32,000 nucleotides of DNA from Polynucleobacter sp. MG-6-Vaara-E2 (lineage in GTDB: Bacteria > Pseudomonadota > Gammaproteobacteria > Burkholderiales > Burkholderiaceae): assembly GCF_018687695.1 (NCBI RefSeq), contig NZ_CP061303.1, forward strand, positions 1,578,394 to 1,610,393. Direction: 5' to 3'. Numbering within the stretch: the first letter of the stretch is position 1; the number at the start of each line of letters is the position of its first letter. Both the position numbers and the translations under genes were made by a program. Below, piece by piece: positions 22,901 through 30,553 of the stretch. The notes beneath the pieces were generated by a model. That model saw only the letters and a program-made list of their open reading frames with translations. It was not told the origin of the DNA and searched no databases.

Positions 22901-24476
22901 CAAATCCATATTTTTTATTTTTACCAAGCGGATAATAAGCATCCCCATCATCTGGAGCAGCAAACCCACCACCAGCAAGAGGAATGCAATTAACGGAAGA
23001 TATGCCAGCCATTAGTAATGTACTAATATTTCGCGTCGCTAAGAAGGCGTAAAAATTAGACTTCCATTCAACCGATTGGCTATCTAGCCAATCCTGCTGC
23101 GCCCTAAAAATATCAACCAAATCTTCATCCGTTAAACTTTTCACACCTAATATCTTCAACATCTCAAATTCTTTTTTACAACGCTTATCAAGATAATAAA
23201 AATTAAATAGCTTTTCAGCTATTTGCGGCGGAAAAAGGTTTTGGAATTCTGGTGGTGCTATCCGAATATCTCTTGGCTTTTTCCAGCCGCCCCCTTGAAC
23301 AGGAAGACTTTCTACATTTGATAGCTTTTCCAAAATTGCCATTGGCAAATCTTTAAAAAAGGGGTCAACGATTCGATCGAAATCTGAAAGAAAACTCAAA
23401 TACGAATAGGTTAATGGCTCGCTAGCTTTAAATCTTGCCAATACCTCAGTTGAAAAAATATCAGCAATCTGATCCTTGAGATATGTATTCCATGCTGAGC
23501 TAGTGTTTATATCTTGTCTACTGGCACTTAAGATAAAGTCTGCCTGTATTATGAATTTGAAGCCAAAATTACGAATTGGTAAATATGCAAAGACATTCTC
23601 GTCATTTGTAACTTTTGCCTCTCCATTTTCTTTTAATGAAAATGCAAGAACAATTTCACTTGAACTAATTTCAACTCGACTTTCTTCACTTACACCTGAA
23701 ACATCAATTAATTTTGATACGCGAAGATAATTATTTTTTTCTTCTTTACTAACACCCCCCAAGAATGTTCTACTAGTTAAAGTAGTGTGCTCATCCCTAT
23801 CAAGCCTTAGATAAATTAATTTATTTTCTGATTGTTCTATTTTTATTTCTTTAAGCTTTGATAAAAAGAGCAATAACCTTGGATCAAAAGCTTTAAATGT
23901 CTCATTATTGAATTGGTAACCAGTCTTAGCGGGCAAAATAATTGTTGTCTCATGCTTACCCACTTCTCCGCTAGGCTCATGCCACTCGGGGACTATATAC
24001 CCAAGCAAATTTTCTGGGTCTAACCGATTAAAACGAAAATGAAATCCATTCGAATGGATTTCGGGGGCATCTGAAACCGCAAAGACTGATTTAAATCCAA
24101 TGCCTTTTTCACCAATAAATCCTCGATTCTTAGACTTAGAACTTTTGCCGGTTGTACATAAAGCTGAAACGTTCTCTTCACGAAATCCTAGCTCATTATT
24201 TACAAGTCGAAGGCTATTGGGTGTGATATGAAATTCAAGCTTAGGAATTATCTTTGGATCGTATTGGTTATCATCAGCATTTTGAATAACCTCCAATACA
24301 AAATGTCCTTGGTCGTTATATAGCCCGGTCGATAGAAGTCGGAGTGCATTGTTATAGCCATCAATCACCCTGTCTTTACCTGGTCTAAAGTTGTTAGTTC
24401 CAGCTTCATCAATTCCAAATTCCTTTCGGATTTCAGAAATTATCATGTAAGGCGTTTTGGACATCAGTTTGATCAA
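19902..24476 (-). CDS. Giant sacsin/NO VEIN-like GHKL ATPase with a C-terminal DUF3883 (PD-(D/E)xK-fold) domain, 1524 aa
   Basis: Bergerat-fold motifs: LEVIQNADDN (res 61-70, nt 24267-24293), NNELGF, GEKGIGFKSVF (res 122-132). C-terminus: NPGFDV...EEYIEVKG (E1393/K1395) ...RYWLCVVEF, which is typical of DUF3883. The track start is TTG at 24476, and the first ATG is at 24464. Confidence 0.9.
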   Translation of the reverse strand: MIKLMSKTPYMIISEIRKEFGIDEAGTNNFRPGKDRVIDGYNNALRLLSTGLYNDQGHFVLEVIQNADDNQYDPKIIPKLEFHITPNSLRLVNNELGFREENVSALCTTGKSSKSKNRGFIGEKGIGFKSVFAVSDAPEIHSNGFHFRFNRLDPENLLGYIVPEWHEPSGEVGKHETTIILPAKTGYQFNNETFKAFDPRLLLFLSKLKEIKIEQSENKLIYLRLDRDEHTTLTSRTFLGGVSKEEKNNYLRVSKLIDVSGVSEESRVEISSSEIVLAFSLKENGEAKVTNDENVFAYLPIRNFGFKFIIQADFILSASRQDINTSSAWNTYLKDQIADIFSTEVLARFKASEPLTYSYLSFLSDFDRIVDPFFKDLPMAILEKLSNVESLPVQGGGWKKPRDIRIAPPEFQNLFPPQIAEKLFNFYYLDKRCKKEFEMLKILGVKSLTDEDLVDIFRAQQDWLDSQSVEWKSNFYAFLATRNISTLLMAGISSVNCIPLAGGGFAAPDDGDAYYPLGKNKKYGFEGELTFVDNNICELAISKCKEAYEFFAKINIKQPDSYTVIKSHILPLHSSEGRKSSENEALIGHLRYVKDNFEAFIASEAKNENIFAVNRATRVISNGMYIGSKSKDKQEWVFAKPDTLYISDEYDPSFSIERFLKSSIGKEVLVSASYIDETASNIFEEKKSWILFFKQIGIIDYPRVVDGTNPSPSEELQLLLDSENSEIRKATLEIIDKNWDYYQDKLETSLGSRRKSPTMVSSHFANALSGMFAPVNKRGNIPISQSYYRNQDIEDIFGDTPPYLTATIFNEELLDICGITYQVDSEACVKRLKQLKEAGGETGAQLKAIYRKLETLWDENTDFQFSYYGLIRIKKKGDVFWAKKDEVTWASNEQFLDSIYPPLEQTYRDFHGFFVGKLGVTEKLSISQKIVALTELDSIPDQQKKKEEAIRIYKQAGREYDDAIKNNLDIDDWLDFIRSNAVYLNQHSQMVSNSDNLYVNDFDEYGELFFDEERLSFLAIPSAEIPRLRNLFSEIPIDFVSENIEKRVLLDSRGVLDEYMTTKIKELTPFFARVFYHKNPRAFEEAMENHKFSILANVKVFKLKDLNVEIELSEIVKRSKIDAIYDSGSIYLQEDASPEEDLIAEEICNFFGIKSSDLIARLLLAKNDSELANILRVKGVPDLPSDVSKGLDGLILETPLDLNGEEGANVNNSDGDDADPIQVNTPNVPTEFKEDGSQSIASTTNSSLERGDFTGDEKFKIPSLFDKAEKFASPSRTSPNLSESSEPASSVNIGESHLTPQNSSSKRSEDNFKERASSGRLISYADSGKDSSEEAGELSAEVVASRDATARAAVKYFLEEHKAKWISFTEMPHNNPGFDVKATSFEGIEEYIEVKGQTNGWTEEGVILTPTELKKAIEAGDRYWLCVVEFAQDENRRRSYLIKNPFENTNQFRFDSGWKTIAQKDSLEILQPEIGLYVNIPDVGKVKIEDIKAYGQIYKIYFLDENQNKISKTFAPSKMILSKD

Positions 24477-24529
24477 TCAAAGTTAATGGATTATTAAAAT
24501 AATAACCATAATGATCATTCTGATGTAAC

Positions 24530-25108
24530 TTAATCCCAATCTCCCGTTTCCTCCATCCCCTCCATGTCCTTGGGGCAAATTGGGGGGCCTAAAATAAGAT
24601 GCCTTTTCAACATCACCACCTCATATCCGCACTTAGAGCATTTTGCACCTGGTCTTTTGGGGGCTTTTTGCATAGTTCTGACTGGCAAGCTCAATCTACC
24701 ATGAGGGAAAGTGCCTAACTTATCCACAATCCTAATTAAATCCTGCTTTAGCCAATCACCAGCACCAGCGCTTCTCATCGGCCCCTTTAGCCCAACATCC
24801 AGTGCAATTTTTCTAAAATTTTCACCATGTCCACTTTGGCAATCATCTACAGCATGTACTAATTCATGCACCAAGGTATCTAAGAAGTCTAACGGCGTCT
24901 GAAGATGTGGTGCTATAAAGATTTGATTAATCCCGTCTACAGCAGATCTTGTAGACCAGCACTGACCTAGGTGCCGTCCTTTTCCGCCAGAACTTGGAAA
25001 CCCAACCGATACCTTCACTATTGGTATTGAATATCCAGCCTTATCAAATATTGGCACTATATGATCTACAGCGCGCATTAACCATTGCTCTCGATTTATT
25101 TCACCCAT
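24530..25108 (-). CDS. SprT-like zinc metalloprotease with a C-terminal zinc-ribbon, 192 aa
   Basis: HExxH motif in LVHELVHAV followed by GHGENF (SprT-like pattern). The C-terminus has CSKCGY...ICPKD. It lies 53 nt upstream of the giant ORF on the same strand. Confidence 0.75.
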   Translation of the reverse strand: MGEINREQWLMRAVDHIVPIFDKAGYSIPIVKVSVGFPSSGGKGRHLGQCWSTRSAVDGINQIFIAPHLQTPLDFLDTLVHELVHAVDDCQSGHGENFRKIALDVGLKGPMRSAGAGDWLKQDLIRIVDKLGTFPHGRLSLPVRTMQKAPKRPGAKCSKCGYEVVMLKRHLILGPPICPKDMEGMEETGDWD

Positions 25109-25116
25109 AGAACCTC

Positions 25117-25665
25117 CTAATGATTTCGGAAGCTACGGTTTTCGGCCATTCTTATGAACTCTAGATCCAAAGATTTAGATCTTTCATATTCCCAATCCCG
25201 TGGGTAGGCAATTTCAGCTCTATCCCAATTCTTGATACGTAATTCCTCCTTCTCATCAAGCTCTTCATAAGTTGCAGCTATCAAAATATTTTCCTTAAGA
25301 GGTTCTTTTACACTTGCCTTTCTATTGCCCGCTGTATTGCCGACTCTTGGACGCACTAAGGGTATTAGATCGAGCCACCAAACACGAATACTTGCCCCGA
25401 AAACTTGATCGACTAATACTGCATCTGTATTTTGTGTGTTCTCTTCATTTATTAATGCAATTCTCAGCCCCCTATCTGCGAGCATCTGTAGGAGAGCTCT
25501 AGCCTCTTCATGATTCTTATATTCGACACAAAGTAGTTGATTCGAGGATATGAAGTTCACGTATCCATTCAAATCAAAAAGAAATTTGCCATAGCCGCCT
25601 ATATAGCGCTCATGTATTGAACCCTTACGCATTAAGACTGAAACACCCTCTATTAATACAGGCAT
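25117..25665 (-). CDS. Hypothetical protein, 182 aa
   Basis: ORF track. Its stop is 8 nt before the SprT-like start, on the same strand. It is the first gene after a divergent intergenic region. No motif recognised. Confidence 0.65.
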   Translation of the reverse strand: MPVLIEGVSVLMRKGSIHERYIGGYGKFLFDLNGYVNFISSNQLLCVEYKNHEEARALLQMLADRGLRIALINEENTQNTDAVLVDQVFGASIRVWWLDLIPLVRPRVGNTAGNRKASVKEPLKENILIAATYEELDEKEELRIKNWDRAEIAYPRDWEYERSKSLDLEFIRMAENRSFRNH

Positions 25666-25819
25666 AAATTCTCCATTTGTTCAATTAACTCTAGGAGGCT
25701 TAGATTAGTCAGTTGAAAGCTCAAAAACTGAGCTATTTAAGTTTTATTTTTGATGGCTCATTCTATGGACTTCAACTTATCCATACTAATTAATCTACAC
25801 ACTTCCACCTGAGGTACTT

Positions 25820-26293
25820 ATGACAGCACAGGTTTCAGAAAAACTGATTTATGGCGGCAATGAAATTCGTCTTTATACCAATCCGCTATCGCTATATTTG
25901 AAGCAGGCAGGCATTCGCTTTGAATCTCCAGTTACATCTAATTGGCGAGGATATATTGGCACCTGGGAAATTCTGGAGCATGAAGGTGTTGAACGTCTCT
26001 ATTTGGTAGCCTTGTCTGCACACAAGACTTATGAAGAGATTATTGGGCTATCTGATGTTTTTCCTGGTTGCGATAAAGTCTTTGCACACTGGTTCACAGG
26101 CGAATTGCGCTGTCCTCAAGGCGCCCAGCTCAAATACCGTCATATGGGATACGGGAGTATCTATGAATATGACCTCTTGATGGATTTTAAACAAGGTGTG
26201 CTGGTTAACAAGCACGCCCGCCATAATCAGGTTCCAGAAGAAGAGCCGATTGATCCAGCAAAGATTCCTTCTTTTCTGAGGAAACAACAATGA
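25820..26293 (+). CDS. Hypothetical protein, 157 aa
   Basis: GAGG lies just upstream of the ATG. Its stop overlaps the next start (ATGA at 26290-26293). Confidence 0.65.
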   Translation: MTAQVSEKLIYGGNEIRLYTNPLSLYLKQAGIRFESPVTSNWRGYIGTWEILEHEGVERLYLVALSAHKTYEEIIGLSDVFPGCDKVFAHWFTGELRCPQGAQLKYRHMGYGSIYEYDLLMDFKQGVLVNKHARHNQVPEEEPIDPAKIPSFLRKQQ

Positions 26294-26895
26294 TTGACTC
26301 TCTATTGTCCTGGAGGCCTGAGACCTGGGTTGAGCACCTACTTCTCTATCTCATCCCAGGTACTTTAATGGTTGGCTACTTGCTTGTCTCAACATGGCTT
26401 GAAAAGCCCTCTGACTTTGCCAAAGGTCTCATGAAAATCATGGGTAAAGAAGAAACGCTACTGGATAGGCTAAAAGAGGCTGGTGTATATGGCATTGCCT
26501 TGGTCTGCGTCTTAGCTGGCTGGCCAGGATTTATGATTTGGTTTATCAAAGAGAAGCGCGATGCTGCTGTTCAACAAAAGTTCTATGATGCACCTGACTT
26601 TAATTGCCTACCTGAACACCTAGTAGCAATAGTCAATCCACTTGATGCAGAGATTGCCAGCTACATCATTGACCCTCTAGCAAGCGTTCCTGCTCTACCC
26701 TTTGGGCATTTGAATAAAGGCTGGGTAAATTTTCTGACTGATATGACAGATGATCGCGATGAAATGTGGTCTTTTTATGTGCCCAAGGGTAGTAAATGTG
26801 GGAAGCACCGCTTTGCTGCCACAACTGATATCAGAGGTTACGCTAGGGTTCGCAATGGGAAGGTATTGGGAGAATTTATTACTGAATCCGATTAG
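26290..26895 (+). CDS. Membrane protein (2 TM helices) with a soluble C-terminal domain, 201 aa
   Basis: Hydrophobic stretches HLLLYLIPGTLMVGYLLVSTW and VYGIALVCVLAGWPGFMIWFI. There is a 4-nt ATGA overlap with the upstream gene. Confidence 0.65.
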   Translation: MIDSLLSWRPETWVEHLLLYLIPGTLMVGYLLVSTWLEKPSDFAKGLMKIMGKEETLLDRLKEAGVYGIALVCVLAGWPGFMIWFIKEKRDAAVQQKFYDAPDFNCLPEHLVAIVNPLDAEIASYIIDPLASVPALPFGHLNKGWVNFLTDMTDDRDEMWSFYVPKGSKCGKHRFAATTDIRGYARVRNGKVLGEFITESD

Positions 26896-27099
26896 CTCAT
26901 TATTTGAGCTTTAGCCCTGCTTTAATGAATTCATTAGCTGTTTAATTTGTTTTGGTGATCACCGGGATCAGGTATGAGTGCCCCAAGATCAAAGGACTAC
27001 CTTTTGTTGATTAGCCCTTCTCATGAGAAAACCATACCAGCATGTGCATTCTGCTATACCCATTTCGTTGGGGCCTCCTTCAGGGTGCGAGCAAGCTGA

Positions 27100-27129
27100 C
27101 AGCCGGGAAAGACCGGCTGTTTTTCTATT
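27100..27129 (+). terminator. Intrinsic terminator (CAGCCGG-gaaaga-CCGGCTG followed by TTTTTCTATT)
   Basis: 7-bp GC-rich perfect stem at 27100-27106 / 27113-27119 followed by a T-run. It is oriented on the plus strand, 205 nt after the 26895 stop, and it abuts the stop of the minus-strand ORF 27125-27385. Confidence 0.65.
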
Positions 27130-27385
27130 CGTTAATCACAACTCTACCGATCAAATCCCCCATCACCATACCCCCTTCACGGTAGATAGCGATGTAGCGA
27201 TTAAGGCGAACTGACTTTACAAGCTCGTCATCATCTTCACATAAGTGAACTTCTTTTTGACAGTCATTACAAAAGTGCACCTTGTCATCATCCGTTGGGG
27301 TTAACTCATCCCACTTTGCTGTGCACTTAAATGCAAAGACACAGTTGCGAATCGTGTAATCATCATCTTCTGGCATTCGAATCAT
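27125..27385 (-). CDS. Small Cys-rich (zinc-finger-like) protein, 86 aa
   Basis: The sequence CVFAFKC...HFCNDCQKEVHLC supplies 5 Cys and His residues in a metal-binding-like spacing. It lies 31 nt downstream of the transglutaminase-like gene. Confidence 0.6.
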   Translation of the reverse strand: MIRMPEDDDYTIRNCVFAFKCTAKWDELTPTDDDKVHFCNDCQKEVHLCEDDDELVKSVRLNRYIAIYREGGMVMGDLIGRVVINE

Positions 27386-27416
27386 TTATTTCTCTCCTTA
27401 TTTAGAGCTTCTTTTG

Positions 27417-29324
27417 TTACTCATAAAAAATCTGCCCGCGCATATCTTTAATAAAGACTTGATAGAAGTCTTTCCAGTTCTGCAGCTCTTCTGGCTGGCA
27501 GACTGCTCCCGGTCTTTGAATGGCTAGCTTTCTAATAACAAAGATATTGTTCTTTACTTCGTTATAGGTTGCTTCGTATTCAATGCCGGCTTTTTTGTAG
27601 CTTACATTAGGTGGAATACGCGTTACCTTGGTGTTGCTTGGAAATCTGATTTGGTAAGCCTCTCCTATCATTCTGGTGGAACAGACATATGGAACTGTAA
27701 ATTTCTCAGGCGGCCTATCACTGGCAATGGCAGCTAACTCTCCAGGCGCTAAGCCAATAGGCACTGTCATTGCTCCCGGTCCTGGCACATTCGCAATGGC
27801 GTCTAAGGTGAACTCAGTGTCGGTTGTAAATGGTTTATCTAGATCATAGACATAACTAGTAGTGATCTTGCCTTCGCCTGTTTGCCTAAATTTAGCTAAC
27901 TGGTTTTTAACTAGCTTATCTGAGTAGGATGTTTCAGCACCCTCGTACTTATAACGAGCACTGATTGCAGCACTTCCAAAATACATAGTGTGTGCCTTAC
28001 CGGTAATCCGCCCATCTTTCTCAATCTGCATAGAGATACCAGTAGCCATATCACTATCTTCTTTCTTAGGCTTGGGTGTGCGCCCTACCTTTGCTAATTT
28101 AGTGAGTAGTACAGGCTTATCCATCTCATCCGAGGGCAACGTGCCGTAGCTCGCCATCTCATCAGTCGAGTCTAGATATAGATTCCAGGCTGGGATATAG
28201 GTGATGACATGATTAAAAGGCCCCAAGACTGGGTATTTAGGGAGTACATAAGCATTGCCTGAGTTAATTAATGCGCTGGTTGCATCGATGCCCTTAGCTG
28301 CCAATAAAGTAATTAAGAGTGCGTTGTGATCTTTGCAGTCACCATAGCGATTTTTCAGCACGCTATTGGCATCGTGTGGCACGATCCCACCATCAGCAAG
28401 GTAGATAGCTACATAACGAATGTTTCTGGCTACCCAGTGATAGATCGCCTTGGCCTGTTCTTTTTTTAGGTCGAGTTTTGGATTATTTTGAACCTTCTTG
28501 TCTAGCCCTTTAGTGATCTCATCAGCTTGTTTCTGAATTTCTGGGGTGATGATGAATTTACCTTTAATGCGCTCTTCATATGCCTTGGCAAAAGCCTCTT
28601 GACTTGGGAAGCTGGAAATATAAATATGAGGAGCATAGTCGTTACTAGAGACTTGATATAGCTCTTTTTTCTTCATCTTGAGGTTTTCATATGTGTAGCT
28701 CACATGACGTACGCCACCAACCACTTCATCTCTCGTTTGTTTAACGTCTTTAATATCGGTATAGAGCTTTAAGTCTTCCGGATAACTGAGGTTGTACTCA
28801 TAAGACTTCACCTCCACATTAGGCGAGAAGATCAGCCTGGTATAGAAATAACCTGGCAATAGTGGCTTGTAGGTTGTTAGCCTCGTCTTGTAATAGGTTT
28901 TAGAACCCGGCGTTACCTTTGGGAAGATGATGATCTTGTGCTTTTGATCGGAGAACATTGCTGCGCCAGAGCTATTGTCATCCTCTACTGTGCGTATGGC
29001 ATTGGCGGCTACCGGGATTTTTTCTCCCTTAGGGGTGATTGTGTAGGCATCAAGCACTTCTAGCTTGGATAGCGTGGAGTTATATGGCAAGTCGGCTTGT
29101 GACTCAGAGTCAACGACTAACTGCGATTTCACCAAGGTAGTGAGTTCATCAATCTCAACAACCGTACCATCGGCCTGAATAGTTTCTGTGATGATGGCTC
29201 TTTCAACAGCAGAAAGTGATTCGAGCTCACCTCTGCCTGCGCTGGTTATGCCAACATTGGCGAGCAATAAGAATCCCAGAAGGACTGCCGCAAGACTACT
29301 AATTGATTGAATTGCGAATTTCAT
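27417..29324 (-). CDS. Exported DUF3857/transglutaminase-like protein, 635 aa
   Basis: Signal peptide MKFAIQSISSLAAVLLGFLLLANVGITSA. Transglutaminase-core Cys in RYGDCKDHNALLITLL, with downstream FNHVITYIP and YLDSTD (Cys-His-Asp triad pattern). Confidence 0.85.
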   Translation of the reverse strand: MKFAIQSISSLAAVLLGFLLLANVGITSAGRGELESLSAVERAIITETIQADGTVVEIDELTTLVKSQLVVDSESQADLPYNSTLSKLEVLDAYTITPKGEKIPVAANAIRTVEDDNSSGAAMFSDQKHKIIIFPKVTPGSKTYYKTRLTTYKPLLPGYFYTRLIFSPNVEVKSYEYNLSYPEDLKLYTDIKDVKQTRDEVVGGVRHVSYTYENLKMKKKELYQVSSNDYAPHIYISSFPSQEAFAKAYEERIKGKFIITPEIQKQADEITKGLDKKVQNNPKLDLKKEQAKAIYHWVARNIRYVAIYLADGGIVPHDANSVLKNRYGDCKDHNALLITLLAAKGIDATSALINSGNAYVLPKYPVLGPFNHVITYIPAWNLYLDSTDEMASYGTLPSDEMDKPVLLTKLAKVGRTPKPKKEDSDMATGISMQIEKDGRITGKAHTMYFGSAAISARYKYEGAETSYSDKLVKNQLAKFRQTGEGKITTSYVYDLDKPFTTDTEFTLDAIANVPGPGAMTVPIGLAPGELAAIASDRPPEKFTVPYVCSTRMIGEAYQIRFPSNTKVTRIPPNVSYKKAGIEYEATYNEVKNNIFVIRKLAIQRPGAVCQPEELQNWKDFYQVFIKDMRGQIFYE

Positions 29325-29331
29325 AAGATCC

Positions 29332-29664
29332 TTAGCGCCTTACATACGATTGTATGTAAGCCTTACGTTTATTAACTTCACTTGTAAAAATAATTCCTGC
29401 GCTGTCATGGATCATCGCCAACGGTTCTTGCAGAAGTGTTTTTTCTGGCATGTATGGATTACCATTTCCATCCCTGAGCCTGAACTTAGGTAAACCTAAG
29501 ATCTTTGAGGCATCAACATAGGCAGCAACAGCCAAAGGCCTAGAGAGGGGTACGGCTGACTTTCCAGCTGGAGAAACCTGCAGGGGCATGAAGGTAACGA
29601 ATACAAGGGTGCTTAGCATGGGCTCTTTATGAAATTTGTTAGGTATTTCATTTTCTTGGGCCAC
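29332..29664 (-). CDS. Possible small exported protein (start uncertain)
   Basis: The track start is GTG. An internal ATG at 29619 gives the signal-like N-terminus MLSTLVFVTFMPLQVSPAG. The stop is 7 nt upstream of the transglutaminase-like gene start. Confidence 0.4.
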   Translation of the reverse strand: MAQENEIPNKFHKEPMLSTLVFVTFMPLQVSPAGKSAVPLSRPLAVAAYVDASKILGLPKFRLRDGNGNPYMPEKTLLQEPLAMIHDSAGIIFTSEVNKRKAYIQSYVRR

Positions 29665-29728
29665 TAGCTCATTGGGTGAGCCTTATTGCTTTTAATCTAA
29701 CTCCATCAAGACTTATTTGGAGGTAAGC

Positions 29729-30043
29729 ATGAAATATCTAATCACTCTATTTTTAATAGCCCAAGCCGCTCTAATGGCACGGGGAGCATCGGCTCAGGCT
29801 ATTTATGGACCCACCGGGAATTACCTTGGCTATAGTCAAACAGCGCCAAGCGGTGTCACTAATGTTTACAACGCCACTGGTCAGAACGTTCAGTCTTTTC
29901 AAACCGATAACGGGCAGACCAATTTTTATAGCCCTCAGGGTGCATATCAAGGCACTTCAACCACGCCTGTTTATGCAGCGCCAAATACTTCGATCAATAC
30001 GCCGCGCCAAGCACCTCAGGCGCCTTCTGCGAAAGGTTGGTAA
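29729..30043 (+). CDS. Small secreted Gly/Tyr/Gln/Asn-rich protein (104 aa from the ATG)
   Basis: The track ORF starts at TTG 29717, but GGAGG (29719-29723) sits 5 nt upstream of ATG 29729. Signal peptide MKYLITLFLIAQAALMARGASAQA. It shares the P(S/T)GVTNV(Y/F) motif with ORF 30248-30553. Confidence 0.65.
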   Translation: MKYLITLFLIAQAALMARGASAQAIYGPTGNYLGYSQTAPSGVTNVYNATGQNVQSFQTDNGQTNFYSPQGAYQGTSTTPVYAAPNTSINTPRQAPQAPSAKGW

Positions 30044-30046
30044 AAA

Positions 30047-30238
30047 ATGAAAAGGCTAGTCATTGCTGCGATGTTAATTAGCATCGCCATTCCTGTTTTT
30101 GCACGCACCGATGGCGGCAGCAAGAAGAGCTCGCAAAAATATAACAATCCAAGTGGGCATGAGAATTGCTACTACTGCTGGAAAGATTTGAGCACTAACT
30201 ACACACCGTCCCGCCACAAATATGCCAAAAAATCTTAG
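30047..30238 (+). CDS. Small secreted basic protein, 63 aa
   Basis: Signal peptide MKRLVIAAMLISIAIPVFA. It sits between two secreted-protein genes on the same strand. Confidence 0.5.
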   Translation: MKRLVIAAMLISIAIPVFARTDGGSKKSSQKYNNPSGHENCYYCWKDLSTNYTPSRHKYAKKS

Positions 30239-30247
30239 GAGATCTAA

Positions 30248-30553
30248 ATGAAGCGATTACTTGTTACGGGTGCCCTTCTAATTTCTAGCGTCAGTCAAGC
30301 CCAAGTAACTAGCTGGGATAACTCACCTTTAAATTACAACAACAGCCCTCTTAACTACAACAACTCACCCTTGAATTACAACAATTCGCCATTGAATTAT
30401 CAAAACAGCCCCCTTAACTACAACTCAACCAATGGGGTTTATGACAACAATGGAAATCGAATTGGCTATGAAACTCAGTCACCCACTGGCGTCACCAATG
30501 TCTTCGATAACAATGGCAACAGGATCGGGTACTCACCTAGCAAAAGACAATGA
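30248..30553 (+). CDS. Small secreted protein with 5 tandem NSPLNYN heptads, 101 aa
   Basis: GGAG lies 6 nt upstream of the ATG. Signal peptide MKRLLVTGALLISSVSQA. Five NSPLNY(N/Q) units are followed by two NNGNRIGY units flanking SPTGVTNVF. Confidence 0.7.
   Translation: MKRLLVTGALLISSVSQAQVTSWDNSPLNYNNSPLNYNNSPLNYNNSPLNYQNSPLNYNSTNGVYDNNGNRIGYETQSPTGVTNVFDNNGNRIGYSPSKRQ
30320..30424 (+). repeat. 5 x 21-bp in-frame tandem repeat encoding NSPLNYN
   Basis: Units at 30320, 30341, 30362, 30383 and 30404. The peptide is conserved but the codons differ (Ser tca/agc/tca/tcg/agc; Pro cct/cct/ccc/cca/ccc; Leu tta/ctt/ttg/ttg/ctt). Confidence 0.9.

Noticed and set aside
27023-27214. 63-aa plus-strand ORF
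   Set aside because: It reads through the intrinsic terminator hairpin at 27100-27129 and overlaps the minus-strand Cys-rich gene. It has no SD.
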